A DNA stretch of 64,000 nucleotides from Marispirochaeta sp. (GTDB lineage: Bacteria; Spirochaetota; Spirochaetia; JC444; Marispirochaetaceae), in contig CAXXFF010000003.1 of assembly GCA_963676835.2 (NCBI GenBank), positions 608,001-672,000 on the forward strand, in the 5' to 3' direction. How positions within the stretch are numbered: position 1 is the stretch's first letter; every line of letters starts with the position of its first letter. The translations under genes were made by a program, and so were the position numbers. The notes below the pieces were generated by a model that worked only from the letters and a program-made list of their open reading frames with translations, was not told the origin of the DNA and ran no database searches. Below, piece after piece: positions 56,213 through 64,000 of this stretch.

Positions 56213-56896
56213 ATGCCAAGATGGATAAAAAGAATGATTAGGGTATACCTGGTTGACGATCATAAAATTTTACTCCCCGGCCTTAAAATGGCCGTTGAAA
56301 CCCTTCAGGGCTTTACCGTTACAGGACAGGCTACCGACGGTTTGACCGCGGTCAGGGAGATGGTTGAAAAGGAACCGGATATCTGTATATGCGATCTCTC
56401 CGTTCCCCTGCTGAACGGTTTCGGTATAATACGCAGACTCAAGGAGGAGAAGCTGAAAACAAAGGTAATCCTTCTTACCTCCTATTCGGATGACGGGGTG
56501 ATAAATGAGGCAATGCAGCTACAGGTGGCCGGTTACCTGCTCAAGGAGAACAGCGCCGAAGAGCTGGATATAGCCCTGGAGAATGTGGCTAAGGGTTACC
56601 GCTACTTCACTCCCCGTATCATGACACGCATGGTGGACAGTTTCAAAGGTGGACTGATCGATGAACCCCTTTCCGAGACCCGCCTGAGTCTGGATTCTCT
56701 CACTGCCCGGGAAAAGGATGTCCTTTCCCTTGTCATAAGCGGACTGTCCGGGAAGGAGATCGCTGATAATCTGAACATCTCCGAGCCTACCATGAAAACC
56801 CATAAATCCAATATTCTTAAAAAACTGCATGTTAAAACGACCAGGGAGCTGATTCTTCTTGTCAAAGAGGGGGAACAGCTTCCCTTTCTTATATAA
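56213..56896 (+). CDS. NarL/LuxR-family response regulator
   Basis: LVDDH, phospho-Asp in ICDL, GYLLK, LTAREKDVL...KTHKSNI. Confidence 0.93.
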   Translation: MPRWIKRMIRVYLVDDHKILLPGLKMAVETLQGFTVTGQATDGLTAVREMVEKEPDICICDLSVPLLNGFGIIRRLKEEKLKTKVILLTSYSDDGVINEAMQLQVAGYLLKENSAEELDIALENVAKGYRYFTPRIMTRMVDSFKGGLIDEPLSETRLSLDSLTAREKDVLSLVISGLSGKEIADNLNISEPTMKTHKSNILKKLHVKTTRELILLVKEGEQLPFLI

Positions 56897-58731
56897 TGTG
56901 CTTGGGAGCACTTGTGAAAGACAGGATTCACGATGGAAAAATGCTCTCTTTTTGTTTGATTCTGCTGATCTTTCTCCCTTCCCTGTACTCCGAGCAGAGA
57001 CATGTTTTTTTTCTGCACACCTATTCCAGTTCCAATGCCCTGCCCTGGATGAAGGGAATAAACGACGGGGTGGATCGGGCTCTGGCCCTGCGTCCCGGCT
57101 GGATCCTTCATTCCGAATATCTCGGCTGGCCCGATACGAAGGACGGCCTGAGCAACAGGGAGTGGTGTGATTACATCTCAAAAAAGTACGGACAGATAGA
57201 GTTTTCCGCCGTTCTCGCCGAAGCATCAATGGCCAGTTCCTTTATCAATAGCTATGGGGAAGAGCTTTTCGGGGATATTCCCAAGGTTCTCTACTCTGTT
57301 GAGGCTCTGGAAGAGAAGCCCAATACCTTCTATCTGAAGAGTGACCAGGATCAATCGATCAGGGAAACCTTTGCACTGGCCCGTGAACAGAACCCGGAAA
57401 GCCCGGAAGTCTTTGTTATTAATAATCAACCCGATCTTTTTGGAAAATCCATGGATGCCATAGGAGACCTTGCCGCCCGGGAGGGTATGACCTTTACCGT
57501 CCTGACCGATTTTTCCAGAGAATCTCTTTTAGAAGAGATGGATAAACTCAAGGGTGATGAGATCGTTTTTTATTTCCTTGTTTATGGAGATAACCGGGGG
57601 AACCGTTTCATCCCCGGAGAAATTCTTCAGGATATCTGCGCTCATAGCGCAGCCCCGGTTTACTCATTCTGGAGTTCCCTCATGGGAAGAGGTCTGGCGG
57701 GGGGCGTTATGCTGGATTCGGGAAAGATCGCCTCGGAGATGTTCCAGGCCGTGGACGATTTCCTTTCCCGGGGCGGTTTCGCCGGCGATTACTCCACATT
57801 ACAGACCTATCTGGACTGGAATACGGTCAAACCCCATAGTCTGCAGACGGATAATCTCCCGGAGGACATTATAATCCTTAACCGTCCTCTCCCTTTCTAT
57901 TCTGTCTATTACAAGCAGATTCTGACCCTGGGGATAGCCGTGCTGCTTCTCATTCTCTCTCTGGTCCTATTCAGCAGGCACCATATCGTCCGGGCCCACC
58001 GGAAACTGGAGAAGATGTACTGGCTTCAGGAAAGGCAGGCGCGAATGGGGGAAATGATGAATTTCGTGGCCCACCAATGGCAGCAGTATCTCTATAGTAT
58101 CTCCCTTTATGTCAACGGCATGGTGAAAAAGGAGCTGCTGAAACCGGAACGTGAACGGCATACGGAATCTCTGGCAGGAATAAAAAACACCCTTGAAAGC
58201 ATGTTCACAACCCTCAAGAATTTCCGTAATTACATTAATCCCCGGAAGAACAGGGAGCTCTTTTCCGTTTCGGAGCAGTGCGAAGCGGTCCTCTCTCTTC
58301 TGGAGGACCTTTTATCAGCCAGTGGAGTAGATCTGACCTATTCCGACCAGGGAGATTCTATGGTCTGGGGAGTAAGGAATGAACTGGAACAGGTCTTGAT
58401 AAATCTGATTGGGAATGCGGTTAACATCTTTAAAGAGAGGACTATCATACAGCCTTTCATTATTCTGACTGTAACAGGAGAAAGTGACCGGGTTCTGGTG
58501 AAAATAGAAGATAACGGGGGCGGTGTTCGACCCGAGCTGGCGGAGGAAATATTTGAAAAATACCTTACAACACGGGAGGAGGGTTCGGGCCTGGGCCTCT
58601 ACATGTCCCGGAGGATTATCCGGGAACGTTTCTACGGCAGCCTGACCCTTGAAAAAGGGGAGAAAGGGGCTCTCTTTATTATTGATATTCCCCGGGAGCC
58701 CCGCATAAAGAAGAGAGGTTCCGGACGGTAA
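56896..58731 (+). CDS. Sensor histidine kinase
   Basis: Periplasmic domain, TM, AHQWQQ H-box, QVLINLIGNA, DNGGG, GSGLGL. Confidence 0.9.
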   Translation: MCLGALVKDRIHDGKMLSFCLILLIFLPSLYSEQRHVFFLHTYSSSNALPWMKGINDGVDRALALRPGWILHSEYLGWPDTKDGLSNREWCDYISKKYGQIEFSAVLAEASMASSFINSYGEELFGDIPKVLYSVEALEEKPNTFYLKSDQDQSIRETFALAREQNPESPEVFVINNQPDLFGKSMDAIGDLAAREGMTFTVLTDFSRESLLEEMDKLKGDEIVFYFLVYGDNRGNRFIPGEILQDICAHSAAPVYSFWSSLMGRGLAGGVMLDSGKIASEMFQAVDDFLSRGGFAGDYSTLQTYLDWNTVKPHSLQTDNLPEDIIILNRPLPFYSVYYKQILTLGIAVLLLILSLVLFSRHHIVRAHRKLEKMYWLQERQARMGEMMNFVAHQWQQYLYSISLYVNGMVKKELLKPERERHTESLAGIKNTLESMFTTLKNFRNYINPRKNRELFSVSEQCEAVLSLLEDLLSASGVDLTYSDQGDSMVWGVRNELEQVLINLIGNAVNIFKERTIIQPFIILTVTGESDRVLVKIEDNGGGVRPELAEEIFEKYLTTREEGSGLGLYMSRRIIRERFYGSLTLEKGEKGALFIIDIPREPRIKKRGSGR

Positions 58732-58742
58732 GGGTACATATG

Positions 58743-58861
58743 CTAGCCTATAAGCGCGATTAACTTTTCCTGTATTTCAGTAATACTTTTATCATCGATT
58801 GTTTCAATGTAGATCGCTTTTCCGGCCTGCCAATCCAGGTTTTTTACCTGATCAGCCAGGG
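58743..58861 (-). pseudogene. mazF: 3' part of MazF toxin gene, split by IS21
   Basis: LADQVKNLDWQAGKA...IQEKLIALIG* matches the MazF C-terminus. Confidence 0.9.
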
Positions 58862-58963
58862 TGTGTATTCCGATGATTTCGGACAGTGATTCCGGCGGAA
58901 AACGGACAGCTGCCTGAAGGAAGTAAATCCTCGTCTTCAGTATGATCAGGTGTCCGTTTTGCG

Positions 58964-59704
58964 TCAATCTACAGCATAGAGTTTCCTCCTTACCGAGTCC
59001 CCGGTTATTACAATTCTATGAGAATGAAAGGCAAGACGGTCCATTATGGCATCGGCAATCGTGGGGTCACCGATAATGCTGTGCCAGTTTTCTACCGGCT
59101 GTTGGGCGATCACTATCGTAGATTTTCTCCGGTGTCGATCTTCAAGGATTTCAAGAAATGCCATCCGTGCAGTATGCTCCAGCGGTTCCAGACCGAAGTC
59201 ATCGATAATGACCAGCTTGTTTTTCATTATGCGTGACAAGTGCTTCAGGTAGGTTCCATCATCCCTTGCCGCCGCTATTTCATTGAATAAACGCGTTGTG
59301 GAAAAGTAAGCGACGGTATACCCATACTGACATGCCTGATGTCCGAAAGCCGATCCAAGAAAACTTTTTCCTCCTCCGGTCGGACCCGTGATGAGCAGGT
59401 CCTGCCCCCGGGATATCCAGGAGCAGGCTGCAAGTCTTAAGATCTGGTTTTTGTCCAGATTCCGGTCGAAGGTATAGTCGATATCTTCAATCGCTGCCTT
59501 ATAGCGGAAACGGGCCGCATTGGCAAGGCGCGCCAGTCGGCGATTGTGTTTCTCATCCCATTCTGAGTCGACAAGGTAGCTGATAACCTCATCGGTCGTA
59601 AGATCCATATGGCGTCCGGTCTCCTGCAGTGTACGGAAGGCCTGTACCATTCCGTGGAGACGCATCTCGGTCATCTTGTTGATTGTCGCCTGATTATTAT
59701 TCAT
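58964..59704 (-). CDS. istB: IS21 helper ATPase
   Basis: GPTGGGKS, IIDDFG, ADAIMDRL, GDSVR. Confidence 0.95.
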   Translation of the reverse strand: MNNNQATINKMTEMRLHGMVQAFRTLQETGRHMDLTTDEVISYLVDSEWDEKHNRRLARLANAARFRYKAAIEDIDYTFDRNLDKNQILRLAACSWISRGQDLLITGPTGGGKSFLGSAFGHQACQYGYTVAYFSTTRLFNEIAAARDDGTYLKHLSRIMKNKLVIIDDFGLEPLEHTARMAFLEILEDRHRRKSTIVIAQQPVENWHSIIGDPTIADAIMDRLAFHSHRIVITGDSVRRKLYAVD

Positions 59705-59712
59705 CGGTTACC

Positions 59713-61260
59713 TCATTTGTAGATTGCAGAATCCCGCAGGTTCTTGTGATCGGCGAAGAGAAACACCTGTTTGTTCTGCTGTTCATCCTTTTCTTGTCGC
59801 ATGATTTCATCCAGATATGCACGAACATCCCGATAACTGATTCTCGAGTAGTTCAACGCACGTCGGCAGGCCCAGTTCAGCCGGTGTGATCCGGCATCCT
59901 TTGCCAGGTTCAGCACACCAAGGCAGGATTTGTACGCCTGCTGCTCATGTGGCTTGCTGTTTAATAGATGTGAAATCACCAGGAACGTCTCTTCTCCAAT
60001 CGACTGAGCCCAGGTGGTAAACTTCTCCGCCGACCATGATTCAACAAACTGATGGTGCCTGGGCATGTGTGCGGACTGTGTGGAGTATTGTCCTTTCTTT
60101 CTGCTCCGGCGGTGCTGGGCTACGCGTACATTCTTGTGATATACCGCTATAATTCGCTCATCAAAGATCACTTTGACCTGTTCTCCCTTCAGCTGCCAGG
60201 GAACAGAGTAGTAGTGCTTATCTTTTGACAGGATAAAGTGATAGTCCGGTGCAATCTTGTGAGTTTCGAAGTATTTCATTGGATACGGTTCGCCCGGCAG
60301 CGTCTTCAGCGCAGACCGTTCGATCTCTTCAAACAACTGACGCCGTGAGATTTGCAGCTTTGTCAGTTTCCGGGTATTGTGTTCTTCAAGAAGTTCTGCG
60401 ATGGCCTGGTTGAGCTCAGCCAACGAATGGAACCTCTTGCCGTACAGCGGGGCGAATATCCGCTGATAGGTTAACTTGACGGCATTCTCCGCCAGGGATT
60501 TGTCTTTCGGTTTATAGGCCCTGGCGGGGATTATCGTCGTCCGGTAGTAATCGGCAAAATCATCGAACAACGGATTAAGCTCCGGCTCATATTTACTCGC
60601 ACTGAGCACGGCCGCCTTCAGGTTATCCGGGACGAGAGCTCGCGGAACCCCGCCGAAGTACCTCAGAGCCCGTTCTGTGGAGCGGACAAAGGCCTCTTGT
60701 TTCTGGCTCTCACTTGCTTCAACATAGGCCAGCTGACTTGCTCCGAGTACCGCAACGAATATTTGTGCCCGCTGCTCATCTCCATCAGGATAGTAAGGGA
60801 ACGTTTCTCCGGCATAGTCGAGATATGCCATATCTCCAGGCTCGTGGGGCTGACGCATCGTCACCTCACCGGAGTCCAGAAACACCGTAAAGTGGTGACA
60901 GAACTGACTGTATCTATATCCGTTTGGATACTTTCTACGGTATTCCTTCCATAGGAACTGCTTCGTCATCCCCCGCTGTTTCAGCCGTTTGGCGTACTCG
61001 GGGAACAGTGTCGTTAGTTGTGTATACTGCTCACTTTCTTCCTGCTTTTTCTCTTCGAACAGGCCAAGCAGCTGCTCATCGGTAAGCTTTTGGCTTGCTG
61101 CATAGCTGATCCCGGTGCGGCGGAATCGCACCAGATATTCGCTGACTGTGGTTTTAGATACTCCGGTCAGTTGGGATACATCCCGAAGTCCCAGCTTGCT
61201 CTCGTACGTGAGCGCAAGCAGTTTACGCATGTGTTTCACATGAATCCTCGCTCTCGACAT
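59713..61260 (-). CDS. istA: IS21 DDE transposase
   Basis: HTH GVSKTTV; LDYAG, VPDNLK, KPKDKSLAE, YYSVP. Confidence 0.95.
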   Translation of the reverse strand: MSRARIHVKHMRKLLALTYESKLGLRDVSQLTGVSKTTVSEYLVRFRRTGISYAASQKLTDEQLLGLFEEKKQEESEQYTQLTTLFPEYAKRLKQRGMTKQFLWKEYRRKYPNGYRYSQFCHHFTVFLDSGEVTMRQPHEPGDMAYLDYAGETFPYYPDGDEQRAQIFVAVLGASQLAYVEASESQKQEAFVRSTERALRYFGGVPRALVPDNLKAAVLSASKYEPELNPLFDDFADYYRTTIIPARAYKPKDKSLAENAVKLTYQRIFAPLYGKRFHSLAELNQAIAELLEEHNTRKLTKLQISRRQLFEEIERSALKTLPGEPYPMKYFETHKIAPDYHFILSKDKHYYSVPWQLKGEQVKVIFDERIIAVYHKNVRVAQHRRSRKKGQYSTQSAHMPRHHQFVESWSAEKFTTWAQSIGEETFLVISHLLNSKPHEQQAYKSCLGVLNLAKDAGSHRLNWACRRALNYSRISYRDVRAYLDEIMRQEKDEQQNKQVFLFADHKNLRDSAIYK

Positions 61261-61458
61261 TCTGTACTCCGTCAAATAGTAGTTTTGCTATTGTGACGAG
61301 AGTGCTCGTGTTAATCGAGGATTTCTTATTTCAGGTTAAAGCAATTCCGGCGCTCCGGAAAAACTGTCCGTTTTCGGCCGGAACAGGTGTCCGTTTTTGC
61401 CCGGAATCACTGTCCGCTTTCCTCCGGAATGGGTGTCCGTTTTCGGCCGGTGTACACA

Positions 61459-61679
61459 AGGGCGGCTCCGGAAATTTTATCACCGTTAATTATTGTTTCA
61501 AAAGGATAACCTTTTATTCTGCTCGTTACCGGACAGCCGATCATTAGTCCGGTTTTCCGGTTGTATTCAAAAGGAGATAAAACAACCGCAGGCCGTTTAC
61601 CCCCCTGCTCATGTCCGGACTGGGAAGTAAAATTCAACCAAACTATATCACCTTTTTCAGGTATGTAACTTTTTCTCAC
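61459..61679 (-). pseudogene. mazF: 5' part of MazF toxin gene, split by IS21
   Basis: GTG start overlapping the mazE stop; YIPEKGDIVWLNF..GHEQGGKRPAVVLSP..YN..CPVTS..KGYPFE. Confidence 0.92.
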
Positions 61680-61912
61680 CAGATTTCTTTGCCTTCGGAG
61701 TTTCCCCAATCAAGCTGGCTATGCAGATTCGCTTCGGTAATCTTATCCAGCAGAGAATTGATGTCCCGGTTTCTGTTGGTTTCGATAATAATTTTGTCCT
61801 GGTCCTCTTCTATATTTACAGTGGACCCGTTTTCAAGGGATAAGTTTTTAATCATACTCATTGGAATACGTATTCCCAAGCTGTTGCCCCATTTTTGTAT
61901 CTTTGCTTTCAC
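61676..61912 (-). CDS. mazE: MazE/AbrB-type antitoxin
   Basis: KIQKWGNSLGIRIP...LLDKIT..N.H..DWG..GKEIW; start GTG 61912 or ATG 61918. Confidence 0.93.
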   Translation of the reverse strand: MKAKIQKWGNSLGIRIPMSMIKNLSLENGSTVNIEEDQDKIIIETNRNRDINSLLDKITEANLHSQLDWGNSEGKEIW

Positions 61913-61918
61913 ATTCAT

Positions 61919-61947
61919 AGTATATACTTTGTTTATACGATATTCAA
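61919..61947 (-). promoter_or_regulatory. mazEF promoter with operator palindrome
   Basis: TTGAAT-N17-TATACT; palindrome AGTATATACT (61919-61928) overlaps the -10. Confidence 0.75.
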
Positions 61948-62020
61948 GAAACAATCCATTCCACCTTATGATTATAAATACACTCAAAGAGTATTCAGTC
62001 TTTTTGTTCCAAAGATTTTA

Positions 62021-62944
62021 CTATGACCGATCACCCATTGGGATTACTAAATTCAAACAAGTATCTTCCCATTTTGAACCAGAATAAACATCAAGGATTG
62101 TAAAACGAATGACTGTTTCACCGTCATCTATTTTCTTCGGCAAACGTATCTCCTGAAACTGCGGTGTATCAGTAAGCACTACCTCGAAATCAATATCATG
62201 TTCTTCAATTTGAATCCGCATTTTTTTTATTCGAGAGTTATATTCATATAAATAAGGTTTTGAAAAATCCACATACCCATTAGAAATCAGCAGAAAATCA
62301 ACCGGCCAGTTCCACGTCACGGTTTCAATTTCGAACCATTCGCCAATACCCTGCCCGTCAATACCTTCTACCCAGGGGATGTTATCAGTAGAGGAAAATT
62401 GAATGGTGTTTTGACCATTGTAATCTTTATTGCCTTCAACCAAGGATGAACTACTACGAACTGAAACAACCCTTGGGTTTGCCCCACTCCATCTCAATCC
62501 CTCATCAGAACTAAACAAGAGAAAATTCTTATCAAATAAAAGTAATTTTCGAGGATGCACAAGCATTCCCAGTTTTTCTTTGTAAGTGTAATTTTTATTG
62601 CTGCTCAGGTATAAGTAATCAAAGTTATATTCTTTTTTTGATTGCCAGGTACCACGTTCGTAATAAGAGCTATTTGGAAATACAGAATCAGTCTTAATAG
62701 GCTGAGGTAAACTAAATCTTAAGGACGATTCTTTATTTTGGGCATTATCCAAGCGAAACTCATAAAAAGATCGATCAAACAAAAAATTGCCCATATAACA
62801 TGAGTAACCACTTTGGTCGAGCTTAACATAATCAAATCCTCCAAAGTAGCTTAGACGATTATTTAACTCGATTGGTCCTAAATAATCTTCTGCAAGACAT
62901 ACCAAAACCAAATTCAGTATTATGAAAATTATAACTTTATTCAT
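62021..62944 (-). CDS. Secreted protein, putative Rhs immunity protein with C-terminal discoidin/NADase-type glycan-binding-like domain
   Basis: Signal peptide; PWVEG..G.GIGEW, ISNGY, NSRIK, ILDVYSGSKWEDTC; AT-rich; 20 nt after the Rhs stop. Confidence 0.7.
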   Translation of the reverse strand: MNKVIIFIILNLVLVCLAEDYLGPIELNNRLSYFGGFDYVKLDQSGYSCYMGNFLFDRSFYEFRLDNAQNKESSLRFSLPQPIKTDSVFPNSSYYERGTWQSKKEYNFDYLYLSSNKNYTYKEKLGMLVHPRKLLLFDKNFLLFSSDEGLRWSGANPRVVSVRSSSSLVEGNKDYNGQNTIQFSSTDNIPWVEGIDGQGIGEWFEIETVTWNWPVDFLLISNGYVDFSKPYLYEYNSRIKKMRIQIEEHDIDFEVVLTDTPQFQEIRLPKKIDDGETVIRFTILDVYSGSKWEDTCLNLVIPMGDRS

Positions 62945-62964
62945 AGCTTCTCCTAATTAAATGA

Positions 62965-64000
62965 TCACCTAGTCCAGTTCTTTGGAGTTTCATAACTAAA
63001 ACCCAATATACTCATGCCAAAACTTTCACCTTGTTTAAAACCAATCCCATCAATCGAATTTCTTAACCTTTCATAATCTTTGTTAGAAAAAATTTGGCAC
63101 CCCCAACTCAGAGCATTAGGCCGCTCTGGAAAATTTTTACTACCAGTTGAATGTATCCAAAAATTCCAAATCTTCTCAATTCCTTTTTTCTCAAGACCAT
63201 GGAGTTGTGCTGTTTCACTTGTTATTGACATAGCGTTCTTATAACTATTGGTTTCTCCGATTAGCTCTACTTGATAATCCTCACCAATAGGAAGTGTTGC
63301 GTTTGGATAATTTACATTACTTAAATCATCATCATGCTTTTCCAATTCAGTTTGATCTCCCGACCTATAATTCTTCTCACTCTGAACACCCGCATATTCC
63401 TGAAGGACTTGGTTCCCTACATACAGTTTTGCACTATCATTCTGATCAACTCGACCTTCACCTCGCTGAATTTCCAGGTGCGTTTCCTGTTTAAGGTCTC
63501 TTCCCTCATAAGCAAGTATTGGGTTGCCATTTACATCATCTGCATAAACCTCTGCCAAACCCGTTGGATCCACATACTTCAAAGGATTATTACTACAATA
63601 CCCATACCAGTTCATCCCATCCATCGCCGGGTCACTCGACATCCACCGCCCCCGCTTCGGATCAAGATACCGCGCTCCGTAATAATACAACCCTGTCTCC
63701 TCATCGTACTCCTTTCCGGTAAACCGAAACGGAATCACATCCGCCAGGGGATCAGTCTGCTCCTCCCACAGCTCTCCATAAGGAGTATACTCCAGGTGTT
63801 CATATTTCTCACCTTCATGGTCCGTAACAAACTGGGCACTACCTAAATGATCAGGGTGATAGTAGTAGGTATTTACCCGCTCATAGTCGAAGTTGGTACC
63901 GGACACATTGTCCTTTTCCAGGCTCAACCGCGTGGCTATCCTACTTTCTCCAAGGTATATATGCTTACTCTGCCGAAAATCAGACCCTTCGATTACCCCC
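62965..64000 (-). CDS. Rhs repeat protein (3' part): core domain plus C-terminal toxin domain
   Basis: Frame open to the window edge (SKHIYLGESRIATRL); YYHPDHLGS, FTGKEYDEETGLYYYGARY, NPLKYVDPTG. Confidence 0.93.
   Translation of the reverse strand, partial: GVIEGSDFRQSKHIYLGESRIATRLSLEKDNVSGTNFDYERVNTYYYHPDHLGSAQFVTDHEGEKYEHLEYTPYGELWEEQTDPLADVIPFRFTGKEYDEETGLYYYGARYLDPKRGRWMSSDPAMDGMNWYGYCSNNPLKYVDPTGLAEVYADDVNGNPILAYEGRDLKQETHLEIQRGEGRVDQNDSAKLYVGNQVLQEYAGVQSEKNYRSGDQTELEKHDDDLSNVNYPNATLPIGEDYQVELIGETNSYKNAMSITSETAQLHGLEKKGIEKIWNFWIHSTGSKNFPERPNALSWGCQIFSNKDYERLRNSIDGIGFKQGESFGMSILGFSYETPKNWTR

Larger units (their letters stand above)
58862..61458 (-). mobile_element. IS21-family insertion sequence (2597 bp), 4-bp TSD AGGG
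   Basis: Ends TGTGTATTCCG.../...CCGGTGTACACA; subterminal CGGACA repeats; AGGG at 58858-61 and 61459-62; istA and istB. Confidence 0.95.

Noticed and set aside
58743..58967. 74-aa ORF as an independent gene
   Set aside because: It is a chimera of IS21 end sequence and the mazF 3' half
61360..61458. Regularly spaced TGTCCG repeats as a CRISPR array or iterons
   Set aside because: They are IS21 subterminal transposase-binding repeats, mirrored at the other end; no spacers or cas genes
61407..61709. 100-aa ORF as an intact MazF
   Set aside because: The C-terminus (VYTGRKR...) is read from the IS terminal repeat; the true 3' end is at 58743-58861
397..63846. Numerous 60-300 aa antisense or alternative-frame ORFs (e.g. 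18205..19104-, 26740..27651-, 46545..47468-)
   Set aside because: Shadow ORFs of well-supported genes, without motifs or start signals
53200..64000. Integron cassette array (TA-rich, small genes)
   Set aside because: No attC-like RYYYAAC...GTTRRRY repeats or intI seen, and gene orientations are mixed
1..64000. tRNA, rRNA or CRISPR loci
   Set aside because: No cloverleaf/T-arm motif in intergenic DNA, no rRNA-like segment and no repeat-spacer array seen by eye

Overview
Bacterial chromosomal window, probably from a free-living spirochaete (inferred from SBP N-termini such as 'LFAGGQGE', spirochaete-type lipoboxes and mid-range GC). 1-26.6 kb is a large carbohydrate catabolism island. It holds an SBP-YesM-YesN sensor, an SDR, DhaK/DhaL, a TRAP transporter, a DHDPS-family lyase, two divergent transaldolase/FSA-family enzymes, two FadR regulators, and a CoA-acylating aldehyde dehydrogenase with a non-canonical SucCD-like ligase, followed by a separate LacI-controlled ABC/PfkB/class II aldolase operon. 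Five promoters in this island share a 17-bp operator (GGTCTAATAATTAGACC), which defines a candidate undescribed regulon. 26.7-53 kb is mixed housekeeping and accessory genes: ald/Lrp, a membrane AraC with two duplicated FG-GAP lipoproteins, a DEAD-box helicase, AzlCD, an unusual cNMP-GGDEF(degenerate) / cNMP-GGDEF-DHH pair, a GH13 glucosidase and others. 53-64 kb is a variable region with a decayed BrnTA, an AAA-DUF4143 ATPase, a two-component system, an intact IS21 inserted in mazF (4-bp TSD), and the 3' end of an Rhs toxin whose tip carries an L,D-transpeptidase-like motif, followed by a secreted putative immunity protein. No rRNA, tRNA or CRISPR array was seen. All calls come from motif reading by eye, not database searches.
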